Of a DNA stretch of 39,156 nucleotides, positions 1 to 7,239 are shown piece by piece; positions within the stretch are counted from its first letter, which is position 1, and every line of letters starts with the position of its first letter. A model generated the notes under the pieces. That model was not told the DNA's origin, ran no database searches, and saw only the letters and a list, made by a program, of their open reading frames with translations. Source of the DNA: an uncultured Thermoplasmata archaeon (GTDB lineage: Archaea > Thermoplasmatota > Thermoplasmata > JAJSAE01); assembly GCA_964552865.1 (NCBI GenBank), contig CAZKII010000002.1, positions 1 to 39,156 of the forward strand. Reading direction: 5' to 3'. Position numbers and translations under genes: made by a program.

Positions 1-1299
1 AATAACGGAATCGGGCTCCACAACGATACACTTGATTCCATGATACACAATATGATCACAGAACTGAACGAGACAAAGAGGGTGAAGATAGTCAGGGACA
101 TTCAGGAGTCCGTCGCCTATAACCTTTACTACAATGTCCTCTATTATCGTGCAAATATCGAAGCGTACAGAAACGACGGATACATCGGATGGTATGCTGA
201 ACTCGGCGGTGTTTTCAATTTCTGGACCCTGTGGGAACTTCGCCTTGGATGCCCCGGCCCAGATATCGCAATTTCAGGGCCGGAGAAGGTTTCGGAGGGG
301 CAGGAGGCGCAGTTCACCGTAAAAGTGAAGGACTGGGACGGGAGCCCCTTATCCGATGCAGAACTGGACATCTCCGTAAGCGCGGGAAACATCACGACTT
401 CCGCCCCCATAACAACCGATGAGAACGGCATCGCCCACTTCACATACGATGCCCGGACCGGCCTTAAATATGGGGACTCGCCTCTTCTTGTTTCATTTAA
501 ACTCGTTGTACGAAAAATGGAGCTATCTCCCTATCGGGTCTATGTCGTGACCGTTTATCCGCCGGATCAGGACCTTGCCACCGCCAGCGTAGACCTGTTG
601 CAGACCATAGCCACGACGGAAGATATGAAGGAAGGGATAAAGGCCATTATCACAGTATCCGACCAGAACGGAGAGCCGATAGAAGGCGCGACATTCCATG
701 TGGATGCAAACCCTCCCGAGGTGGATATCGCTGTGGAAGGGAACACAACCACCGATGAGAACGGCCAGAGCATTATAACCATAAAAGCGCCGGGGATAAA
801 CGCCGCAAAGGACCTCATCATCACCATAACCCCGGTGGCCGAGGGGTACAGCTCCGGGAGAACGACCGCCCTGCTGACGGTGGTATATGTTCCCCCCTCA
901 ATGGAGCTTGAGATAAGCGCCTCACCCGAAAGCGCGAAGGTGGGGGAGGAGATCTCCATCACCGTCGCCGTCAGGGATTCTCATACGGGAGAGCCGCTGA
1001 AAAATGTGAGCATTACGCTGGTTTCGAGCGAGTGGAATACAACATTCACAGAGGCCAGCGGAAAGACGAACAGCAGCGGCGTTTTCAAGACATGGCTGGT
1101 CATCTCCGACATCGGTAAAGATTCCGAAACGGTCATAATAACGGCAACCGCAAATCTTACGGGATACGAGGAGGTTTCCGGGCATAAGGGCATAGCGCTC
1201 AGCAGGGAGAAGAAGACGCCGGACATATCGTTCATCGGAATGACGGGAGTCCTCGGGATTGCGGTCCTGATCGCGGCCCTCCGGCGAAAGAGGCCATGA
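1..1299 (+). CDS. Surface-anchored protein, 5'-truncated at the window edge. It contains the C-terminal end of a family-5 (peptide/nickel-type) ABC solute-binding domain, Ig-like beta-sandwich repeats and a C-terminal TM anchor.
   Basis: Frame 1 is open from nt 1 with no stop before the ATG at 40, so the gene begins upstream. There are 3-4 repeats of the type GxEAxFTVxVxDxxGxPL...TTDENGxA. The tail ISFIGMTGVLGIAVLIAALRRKRP is a TM helix plus a basic stop-transfer. Confidence 0.55.
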   Translation, partial: NNGIGLHNDTLDSMIHNMITELNETKRVKIVRDIQESVAYNLYYNVLYYRANIEAYRNDGYIGWYAELGGVFNFWTLWELRLGCPGPDIAISGPEKVSEGQEAQFTVKVKDWDGSPLSDAELDISVSAGNITTSAPITTDENGIAHFTYDARTGLKYGDSPLLVSFKLVVRKMELSPYRVYVVTVYPPDQDLATASVDLLQTIATTEDMKEGIKAIITVSDQNGEPIEGATFHVDANPPEVDIAVEGNTTTDENGQSIITIKAPGINAAKDLIITITPVAEGYSSGRTTALLTVVYVPPSMELEISASPESAKVGEEISITVAVRDSHTGEPLKNVSITLVSSEWNTTFTEASGKTNSSGVFKTWLVISDIGKDSETVIITATANLTGYEEVSGHKGIALSREKKTPDISFIGMTGVLGIAVLIAALRRKRP

Positions 1300-1312
1300 A
1301 AAACCTCGTCCC

Positions 1313-1318
1313 TTTTTT
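1313..1318 (+). terminator. Oligo-T tract (T6) 14 nt after the stop codon, an archaeal-type termination signal
   Basis: The sequence cccTTTTTTccc lies directly downstream of TGA 1297-1299. Confidence 0.4.
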
Positions 1319-1333
1319 CCCATAACCACAACC

Positions 1334-1340
1334 TTTATAT
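1334..1340 (+). promoter_or_regulatory. TATA-like box for purC (leaderless transcript)
   Basis: TTTATAT is centred about 27 nt upstream of ATG 1364. Confidence 0.45.
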
Positions 1341-1363
1341 CCTGCTCAATTTTGGCGCTTATC

Positions 1364-2272
1364 ATGAAGCTCTATCGCTCCGGGAAGGTCAAGGATGTCT
1401 ACGAGGCCAACGACAGGTCTCTGGAGTTCGTTTATACGGACAGGATATCCGTTTTCGACAAGATGATTCCGAACGACATTCCGTTCAAGGGGGAGACGCT
1501 CTGCCGCACCAGCGTGTTCTGGTTCCAGATCCTCCGGGACATGGGGGTCAAGAGCCACTTTCAGGAGTTCATACCCCCGAACCGCGTGAGGGTCAGAAGG
1601 GTGGACATCATACCCGATTACTCGAAACTGAACACCGAAACCACCAACTACCTGATACCGCTGGAGTTCATAATGAGGCATTATGTGGCGGGCTCCATGC
1701 ACAGAAAGCTGCAGAAAGGGAAGGTGAGGCCCGAGGACCTCGGATTCCCCGCAGGGAAAGAGGTGCCGTACGGAGCGGAACTGCCTGAACCATACTTTGA
1801 GATGACCACGAAACTGGAGGAGATAGACCGCCCCCTCACGGAGAAGGAGGCCCTTGAGATCTCCGGGCTCACTGAAGACGAACTGGAGAACATCAGGAAC
1901 ACGATAGAGAGGATCGACCGGAGAATTAGCAAAGAGGTGGAGAGAAGGGACCTCATCCATGTGGACGGAAAGAAGGAGTTCGGCTTCGACTCGAAGCGCA
2001 GGCTCATGCTGGTGGATTCCTTCGGCACCGCGGACGAGGACAGGTTCTGGGACTCGGACATGTATGCGAAGGGGGAGTTCGTGGAACTGAGCAAGGAGAG
2101 CGTGCGCAAATACTACAAGGACTCCGGATACTACGAGAAACTCATGGTCGCCAGAGAGAGGGGGGAGGACATAGAAATCCCACCTCTGCCAGAGGATGTG
2201 GTGAAGGAAACATCGCAGCTCTACATAACCGTCTTCGAGAGGATAACCGGCGAGACATTCAGAGAGCAGTAA
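1364..2272 (+). CDS. purC: Phosphoribosylaminoimidazole-succinocarboxamide (SAICAR) synthase
   Basis: The N-terminus KLYRSGKVKDVYE..LEFVYTDRISVFDKMIP and the size of about 300 aa are typical of PurC. I prefer ATG 1364 to the ORF-track TTG at 1352 because of the TATA spacing. Confidence 0.9.
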   Translation: MKLYRSGKVKDVYEANDRSLEFVYTDRISVFDKMIPNDIPFKGETLCRTSVFWFQILRDMGVKSHFQEFIPPNRVRVRRVDIIPDYSKLNTETTNYLIPLEFIMRHYVAGSMHRKLQKGKVRPEDLGFPAGKEVPYGAELPEPYFEMTTKLEEIDRPLTEKEALEISGLTEDELENIRNTIERIDRRISKEVERRDLIHVDGKKEFGFDSKRRLMLVDSFGTADEDRFWDSDMYAKGEFVELSKESVRKYYKDSGYYEKLMVARERGEDIEIPPLPEDVVKETSQLYITVFERITGETFREQ

Positions 2273-3376
2273 CTACCTTCTGCCCTCAATCTCCTCTATC
2301 GCCCGTATGATGTTCATATCGCGTTCCATCTCCTCGTAAATGCCCGACCTTTTGTCTATGAGCAGTTTGACATTCTCGGCGTTCCAGTCCGATTCAACCT
2401 TTCCCTTCCACTCACCGAGGATTATGACGCTTCTGCCCAGCATTATCGCCCCGAATGTTACCGCAAGGTCGTAGAGAAGGTCGGCCATGTGCCACTGGGT
2501 GAGTTTTTCCACGCGGCTCGGAACCTCGTGGGGCAGTACGAGGATCTCGCAGGGGATCTCGGCGTTTCTGGCATGATAGGCCATATCCTGATCCGCCGTC
2601 AGAAGGGTGACATCGTAGTCCTTCCCCCTTGAAAACTCCTGATAACTTCTGGCTATCATTATGTCCCTCTTCTCCTTGTCCTCAGAAAACTCATCTCCCA
2701 CGACCCGAAGAGCCTTCAAATCCTGCATTAGATAGGTCAGCTCGTTCTCGGCCTCCTTGGCCTTTCTGGTGGAGCGCGCACTCGCATTATGAAATTCAGA
2801 TAGAAGCCAGTCGTGCTTGAATGTCCGCTTCATGGCCTCGATGGTATACGGCCTGTACTTGTCCTGAATCCGTGCATCCACCTCCTGCTGGACTATGCTG
2901 CTGACGACATACCTGAAATCCGGGGCGGCCACGGGGGAGTCGCCGGAAACCGCATTTCCGAGATAGCGGGAGAAGAAGCGGAGATACGCTATGTTCGTAT
3001 CAAGGGCTATGTACATCGGCTTCGGCCTGCGATGCGGGTTCCTTATGTCCTCTCTGAGCCTTGACAGCTGCTGATACACTTCATCTATATTGACGAAGGG
3101 CACGATTCTGGAGGAGACAAAGCTGTTCAGAAGATCGGAGTAAACCGGGAGGTCGTGAATCACGAAGTTCTCGTTGATCCCCTGAAGCACCTCGTCCCTG
3201 TGGTCGTTGAAATCGCGGTAGTGGACCACATTCCGTATTGAAAAATGGTTCATGTCGAACTCCATCAGCTCCAGCTCGGTGAACGGATACGAGACCTTTA
3301 TGGATTCCTCGCCGTTGATGAACATCTCGTTCAGAAGCACCATAAGCTCTCGATGGTTAACGACCTTACCACGCAT
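2273..3376 (-). CDS. PIN-domain putative ribonuclease (PIN_4/PhoH-associated-like core) with unassigned N-terminal (~125 aa) and C-terminal (~80 aa) extensions
   Basis: The acidic PIN motifs occur in canonical order: YIALDTNIAY, QQEVDARI, VTLLTADQDMAYHARNAEIPCEIL. The ATG overlaps the upstream gene by 11 nt, and GGAGG lies about 6 nt upstream. Confidence 0.6.
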   Translation of the reverse strand: MRGKVVNHRELMVLLNEMFINGEESIKVSYPFTELELMEFDMNHFSIRNVVHYRDFNDHRDEVLQGINENFVIHDLPVYSDLLNSFVSSRIVPFVNIDEVYQQLSRLREDIRNPHRRPKPMYIALDTNIAYLRFFSRYLGNAVSGDSPVAAPDFRYVVSSIVQQEVDARIQDKYRPYTIEAMKRTFKHDWLLSEFHNASARSTRKAKEAENELTYLMQDLKALRVVGDEFSEDKEKRDIMIARSYQEFSRGKDYDVTLLTADQDMAYHARNAEIPCEILVLPHEVPSRVEKLTQWHMADLLYDLAVTFGAIMLGRSVIILGEWKGKVESDWNAENVKLLIDKRSGIYEEMERDMNIIRAIEEIEGRR

Positions 3377-3857
3377 CCTCTCCCTCCTCTATGATGTCAT
3401 GTATCCTCTGGTGTGAAATTGGGATGAGCATGTAGGGGCCGCTATGGGTCATCTGGCCCTCCTCCGCATTCTCATCATCCACATAGAGATAAAAGGCGTG
3501 ATGGACCTCCTCGTTCCAGGCGCTGAGAAGGGCTCCGGCCACCGATGTCCGCCTCCCCCCACTGATATCCACGGCTATGCGATTTCTGAACCTCTTCTCC
3601 TCCCTGAGCACCTCCATCATGGAGTTCGTGACATCGACGAAGTTCTCAAGGTCCACCACCACCTGCTGCACCTCACCCCTGCTTCCGTACTCCATGAGAA
3701 CAAGTGAAATCTTCTCCGAGAGCTCCATGTCCTCCTGTTCGGTGAAGAGGTAGACCTTCTGAGGAAGGAAATTCTTCAGTCGGATGGCGGCCCAGAGGCT
3801 ATTGATGACCCGCCAGTGGTCTCGACTGTGCATGGTCAGATACACATTCTCCATCAT
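3366..3857 (-). CDS. Small stand-alone CARF-like Rossmann-fold protein (163 aa)
   Basis: The beta/alpha alternation is NVYLTMHS / KVYLFTE / VQQVVVD / RIAVDISGGRRTS / HAFYLYV / YMLIPI. DISGGRR after strand 4 resembles the CARF D-[IV]-[ST]-[GH]-G-x-[RK] signature. This is a motif-level call only. Confidence 0.45.
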   Translation of the reverse strand: MMENVYLTMHSRDHWRVINSLWAAIRLKNFLPQKVYLFTEQEDMELSEKISLVLMEYGSRGEVQQVVVDLENFVDVTNSMMEVLREEKRFRNRIAVDISGGRRTSVAGALLSAWNEEVHHAFYLYVDDENAEEGQMTHSGPYMLIPISHQRIHDIIEEGEDAW

Positions 3858-3878
3858 AAGAGAGGGTAATAAAAGGGG

Positions 3879-3886
3879 ATATATGA
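3879..3886 (-). promoter_or_regulatory. TATA-like box for the CARF-like/PIN operon (leaderless)
   Basis: The minus strand reads CATATATC, centred about 26 nt upstream of ATG 3857. Confidence 0.4.
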
Positions 3887-3993
3887 AGGTATGGAGCGAT
3901 TAACGGGTCGAACGGAGCGGGAGAGGCGTTATGCCTGCATGAGCACAATGGATTTTTTATATCTCCCCTCATTTCGGGTGTCGAGGTATTAAC

Positions 3994-4440
3994 ATGAAGA
4001 TAATAATGGCATATCCGGAAAAATGTGCCGGGTGCAGGGAGTGTCAGGTGGTCTGCTCCCTTACACACACAGGCACGGTAAACCCGCACAAGTCTGGCAT
4101 AAACATCGTGCGACACGGAGTGGATACGGACCTCCCCGTGGTCTGCGTCCATGGAAACGGCTGCAACTTCGAGTGCATATCCGCCTGCCCGGAGAATGCG
4201 ATTTCAAAGAACGAAGAGGGAGTTGTCATAATCGACCATCAGAAGTGCACTGGCTGCGGAGAGTGTGTCAGGGCCTGCCCGTACCACGCGATCATGCTGG
4301 CAGGGGGACTTGCTTACAGCTGCGACCTGTGCGGCGGTGCTCCCGAATGCATAAGGGTATGCACGCAGGGGGGCATAAGGTACGAGGAAGCGGATATCGA
4401 GCGCATTAAAAGGGTTTACAGCCCTATAACGGAGGGATAA
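3994..4440 (+). CDS. Tetra-[4Fe-4S] ferredoxin-like electron-transfer subunit of AOR (AorA / WOR5 small-subunit-like)
   Basis: Sixteen Cys fall into four cluster motifs: CAGCRECQVVC, CVHGNGCNFECISACP, CTGCGECVRACP, CDLCGGAPECIRVC. The stop lies 2 nt before the AOR ATG. Confidence 0.85.
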   Translation: MKIIMAYPEKCAGCRECQVVCSLTHTGTVNPHKSGINIVRHGVDTDLPVVCVHGNGCNFECISACPENAISKNEEGVVIIDHQKCTGCGECVRACPYHAIMLAGGLAYSCDLCGGAPECIRVCTQGGIRYEEADIERIKRVYSPITEG

Positions 4441-4442
4441 AC

Positions 4443-6278
4443 ATGGACGGTTACGGAGGAAGGATTCTCAGGATCGATGTGTCCACCGGAGAGACGAGCA
4501 CCGAGCAGGTTACGGAGGAGATGATCAAGAAGTATCTTGGCGGAGACGGCTTTGCGGTGAAACTGCTCTATGAAACAGTGCCGAAGGGAACGGACCCCTA
4601 TGCCCCGGAGAACGCTGTCATCATGACCCCGGGGGTTCTGACAGGTTCACCTCTTCCCACTGCGGGAAAGGTTCTGTTCTGCACCAAATCACCCCTCACC
4701 GGCACCATATCGGAATCGGTAATGGGAGGGAGCATCGGTGCCGAGCTCAAATACGCCGGCTACGACGCCGTGGTAATCACCGGAAGGGCCGAGGAGCCCT
4801 CTTACATCTACATAAACGACGACGATGTGAAGGTGGTGGCCTGCAAGGATGTTTGGAGGAAGAACACCAGAGAGGTTGAAGAGTTCCTCAAATCGAAGCT
4901 GGGGGACGATGTGAAGATAGCCAGCATCGGCATCGGCGGAGAGAATCTTGTGAGATATGCCGGTATAGACTCGGAAGAGAGACAGTCGGGAAGGGGCGGC
5001 CTCGGCGCGGTCCTCGGCTCCAAGAAGATAAAGGCCATAGCGATTCGCGGAACAAAGGGGCTGGATATCCACGACCCCGTAAAGGCCATGGACCTCATCA
5101 AGAAGTGGCAGAAGGTTATGGTCACCAGCGGAGCCTTCAAGGACGACACGAAGTACGGCACGGGGGAGTTCCTCGAATGGATGAACGCCGAGAGAGGCAC
5201 ATTCCCAACCCGCAACTTCCAGGAGGGCGTGTTCAAGGAGAGGGAGAAGATAGACCCCTACTACTGGGCACCCAGGTATTCAGAGAAGAACAAGGCGTGC
5301 TATACCTGCATAAAACCGTGCGGCAAGCTGTTCACCATAAAGGAAGGTCCGTATGCCGGAACGAAGGTGGACGGTATCGAGTACGAGACCCTGTACTCCC
5401 TCGGGAGCGCCTGCGGAAACCCGGACATAGAGGCGGTTGCAAAGGCGAACGAGCTCTGCGACCTGTACGGTCTGGACACCATTTCCACCGGAGTCACCAT
5501 AGGCTTCACGATGGAACTCTACGAGAGGGGGATTCTTTCCGAGGTTGATATAGGCTTCGAGCTCCCGTTCGGAAAATCCGAGGCGATACCGCAGCTCGTG
5601 GAGATGATCGCTCACAGAAGGAGGATAGGCGACCTCATGGCCGAGGGAGTCAAGAGAATGGCTGAAAAGATAGGAAAGGGCGCCGAGAGATACGCGGTTC
5701 ATGTCAAAGGTATGGAGCCGCCGGCCTACGATGTGAGGGGGATCAAAGGAATGGCACTTGCGTTCATGACATCTCCCAGAGGCGCGTGCCATCTCAGGTC
5801 CGGGGCCTACGCTCTGGAGCTCACCGGCAAGTTCTGGAAGTTCAGCGGAGTGGACAGGTTCTCGGCGGAGAACAAGGGCTATGAGATCAAGGAGATGGAG
5901 GACTTCATGACCGTTTACGACTCGCTCGGTGTCTGCAAGTTCTCCAGAGGCTTCTTCCTGATACAGGAGTTCCCGGAGATCCTGGAAACGATGACAGGCG
6001 TCAAGTTCACCGAAGGAGAACTGCTCGAGATAGGAGAGCGGGTGAACAACATAAAGAGGCTTTTCAACGCCAGAGAGGGAATTACGAGAGAGGACTGCCT
6101 CCTGCCGCCCAGAATCACGCAGGACCCCATACCGGAAGGCGTTTCAAAGGGCTCCTATGTCACCGTGGAGGAGATGAACGCCATGCTGGACGACTATTTC
6201 AGGGCCAGAGGCTGGGACAAGGAAGGTATGCCCACAAAGCAGAAACTGGAGGACCTCGAAATAGAGGATCTGGCATAG
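4443..6278 (+). CDS. aor: Tungsten-containing aldehyde:ferredoxin oxidoreductase family protein
   Basis: The N-terminus is MDGYGGRILRIDVSTGE. Typical AOR-family blocks are present, including GGxGxGAVxGSKxxKAI and the C-terminal RGWDxxGxPT. The length is 611 aa. Confidence 0.93.
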   Translation: MDGYGGRILRIDVSTGETSTEQVTEEMIKKYLGGDGFAVKLLYETVPKGTDPYAPENAVIMTPGVLTGSPLPTAGKVLFCTKSPLTGTISESVMGGSIGAELKYAGYDAVVITGRAEEPSYIYINDDDVKVVACKDVWRKNTREVEEFLKSKLGDDVKIASIGIGGENLVRYAGIDSEERQSGRGGLGAVLGSKKIKAIAIRGTKGLDIHDPVKAMDLIKKWQKVMVTSGAFKDDTKYGTGEFLEWMNAERGTFPTRNFQEGVFKEREKIDPYYWAPRYSEKNKACYTCIKPCGKLFTIKEGPYAGTKVDGIEYETLYSLGSACGNPDIEAVAKANELCDLYGLDTISTGVTIGFTMELYERGILSEVDIGFELPFGKSEAIPQLVEMIAHRRRIGDLMAEGVKRMAEKIGKGAERYAVHVKGMEPPAYDVRGIKGMALAFMTSPRGACHLRSGAYALELTGKFWKFSGVDRFSAENKGYEIKEMEDFMTVYDSLGVCKFSRGFFLIQEFPEILETMTGVKFTEGELLEIGERVNNIKRLFNAREGITREDCLLPPRITQDPIPEGVSKGSYVTVEEMNAMLDDYFRARGWDKEGMPTKQKLEDLEIEDLA

Positions 6279-6310
6279 GCAGGAAAGAGCCCTCAAAACC
6301 CAACTCCTTC

Positions 6311-6317
6311 TTTTTTT
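6311..6317 (+). terminator. Oligo-T tract (T7) after aor
   Basis: The sequence ccttcTTTTTTTc lies 33 nt after TAG 6276-6278. Confidence 0.4.
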
Positions 6318-6318
6318 C

Positions 6319-6672
6319 TCAACGCTCTTCCACAAGGGATGCGATAGCCTTAAGTTCGCCGAACACCCTGTCGTCCGATGCCACTCCGTCCGTGACCGCC
6401 ACCACCAGAGCCTTCCTGCCCGCGGCCATTATGTATGTCTTCGTATCGGGCCCCTCGATCGTGATCTTCTCCGGGTTGCTGCGTTTAAGCTCGTTATTGG
6501 AGGTCACAGCCGCCCCCAGTATGGTGGCGCACATAATAGCAAAGGTCTCTACGAAGGTCCCGGGCGGCACATCCGCCGCGATGACAAGACCGTCCCTGCT
6601 TACAACCGCAGATGCAACCGCTCCGCAGCAATCCCTGAGTCCAGAAAGCCGTTCCTTGATCATTTCGCTCAT
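6319..6672 (-). CDS. Roadblock/LC7 (MglB-like) domain protein
   Basis: It is 117 aa and carries the motif AVVSRDGLVIAADVP followed by an alpha-beta pattern typical of Robl_LC7. Confidence 0.75.
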   Translation of the reverse strand: MSEMIKERLSGLRDCCGAVASAVVSRDGLVIAADVPPGTFVETFAIMCATILGAAVTSNNELKRSNPEKITIEGPDTKTYIMAAGRKALVVAVTDGVASDDRVFGELKAIASLVEER

Positions 6673-6690
6673 TCTCTCACCTTTTACCCC

Positions 6691-7092
6691 TCAGTCGTTA
6701 ACCTTGAATTCGCACTGTTCATCGCCTTTTCCCTCACAGCTCAATTCGCTTATGGAAACCTTCCTATTTAAGTGTTTCTCATAGACCTTCTCAAGAATTC
6801 CCCTCAACCTGTGACACCCGGGCTCGGTCCATCCAGTTCCGGCCTCAACGGAGCCGTGAACCACGGCACCGGTATCCGAAAACTCGATGCTCTCCACCCA
6901 GCCCCTGGCCTTCAGACTCTCGGCCACCGTCCGAAAATAGGATTCCGGGTGCTTCATGGCGATCTCGGCGATCTCCTCGCCAAACACATGACCTTCCCGA
7001 AGGAACAGACCGTAAGAGGCGAAGGACATGACGCTCTCGTAGAGTTTCCCTATCTTCTGGAATTCGTCCTGTGAAATCCTGACAAACCGCAT
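6691..7092 (-). CDS. V4R (4-vinyl reductase-type) small-molecule-binding domain protein
   Basis: The C-terminal half, GWVESIEF..VHGSVEA..GCHRLRGILEKV..ELSCEGKGDEQCEFKV, matches the V4R Cys/Gly pattern. Confidence 0.75.
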   Translation of the reverse strand: MRFVRISQDEFQKIGKLYESVMSFASYGLFLREGHVFGEEIAEIAMKHPESYFRTVAESLKARGWVESIEFSDTGAVVHGSVEAGTGWTEPGCHRLRGILEKVYEKHLNRKVSISELSCEGKGDEQCEFKVND

Positions 7093-7113
7093 GAGTGAGA
7101 GATATGGCCCTCG

Positions 7114-7121
7114 TTAATAAA
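7114..7121 (-). promoter_or_regulatory. TATA-like box for the V4R-Roadblock operon (leaderless)
   Basis: The minus strand reads TTTATTAA, centred about 26 nt upstream of ATG 7092. Confidence 0.4.
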
Positions 7122-7239
7122 GGTTACTGTTTCAAACCTTCAGGAGCGCTATCGTCCGGTTAGGGAATGACAGCCCATCGGAAAAACCCGGTGGGAAAAG
7201 ATTAAATACTGGCTTGCAGTTACTCTTCTTGGTGAATAT

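Noticed and set aside
1210-1299. A possible PGF-CTERM/archaeosortase sorting signal at the C-terminus of the first protein.
   Set aside because: The TM helix is preceded by PDISFIG, not a PGF motif, and no Thr-rich linker is present. It is treated as an ordinary TM anchor.
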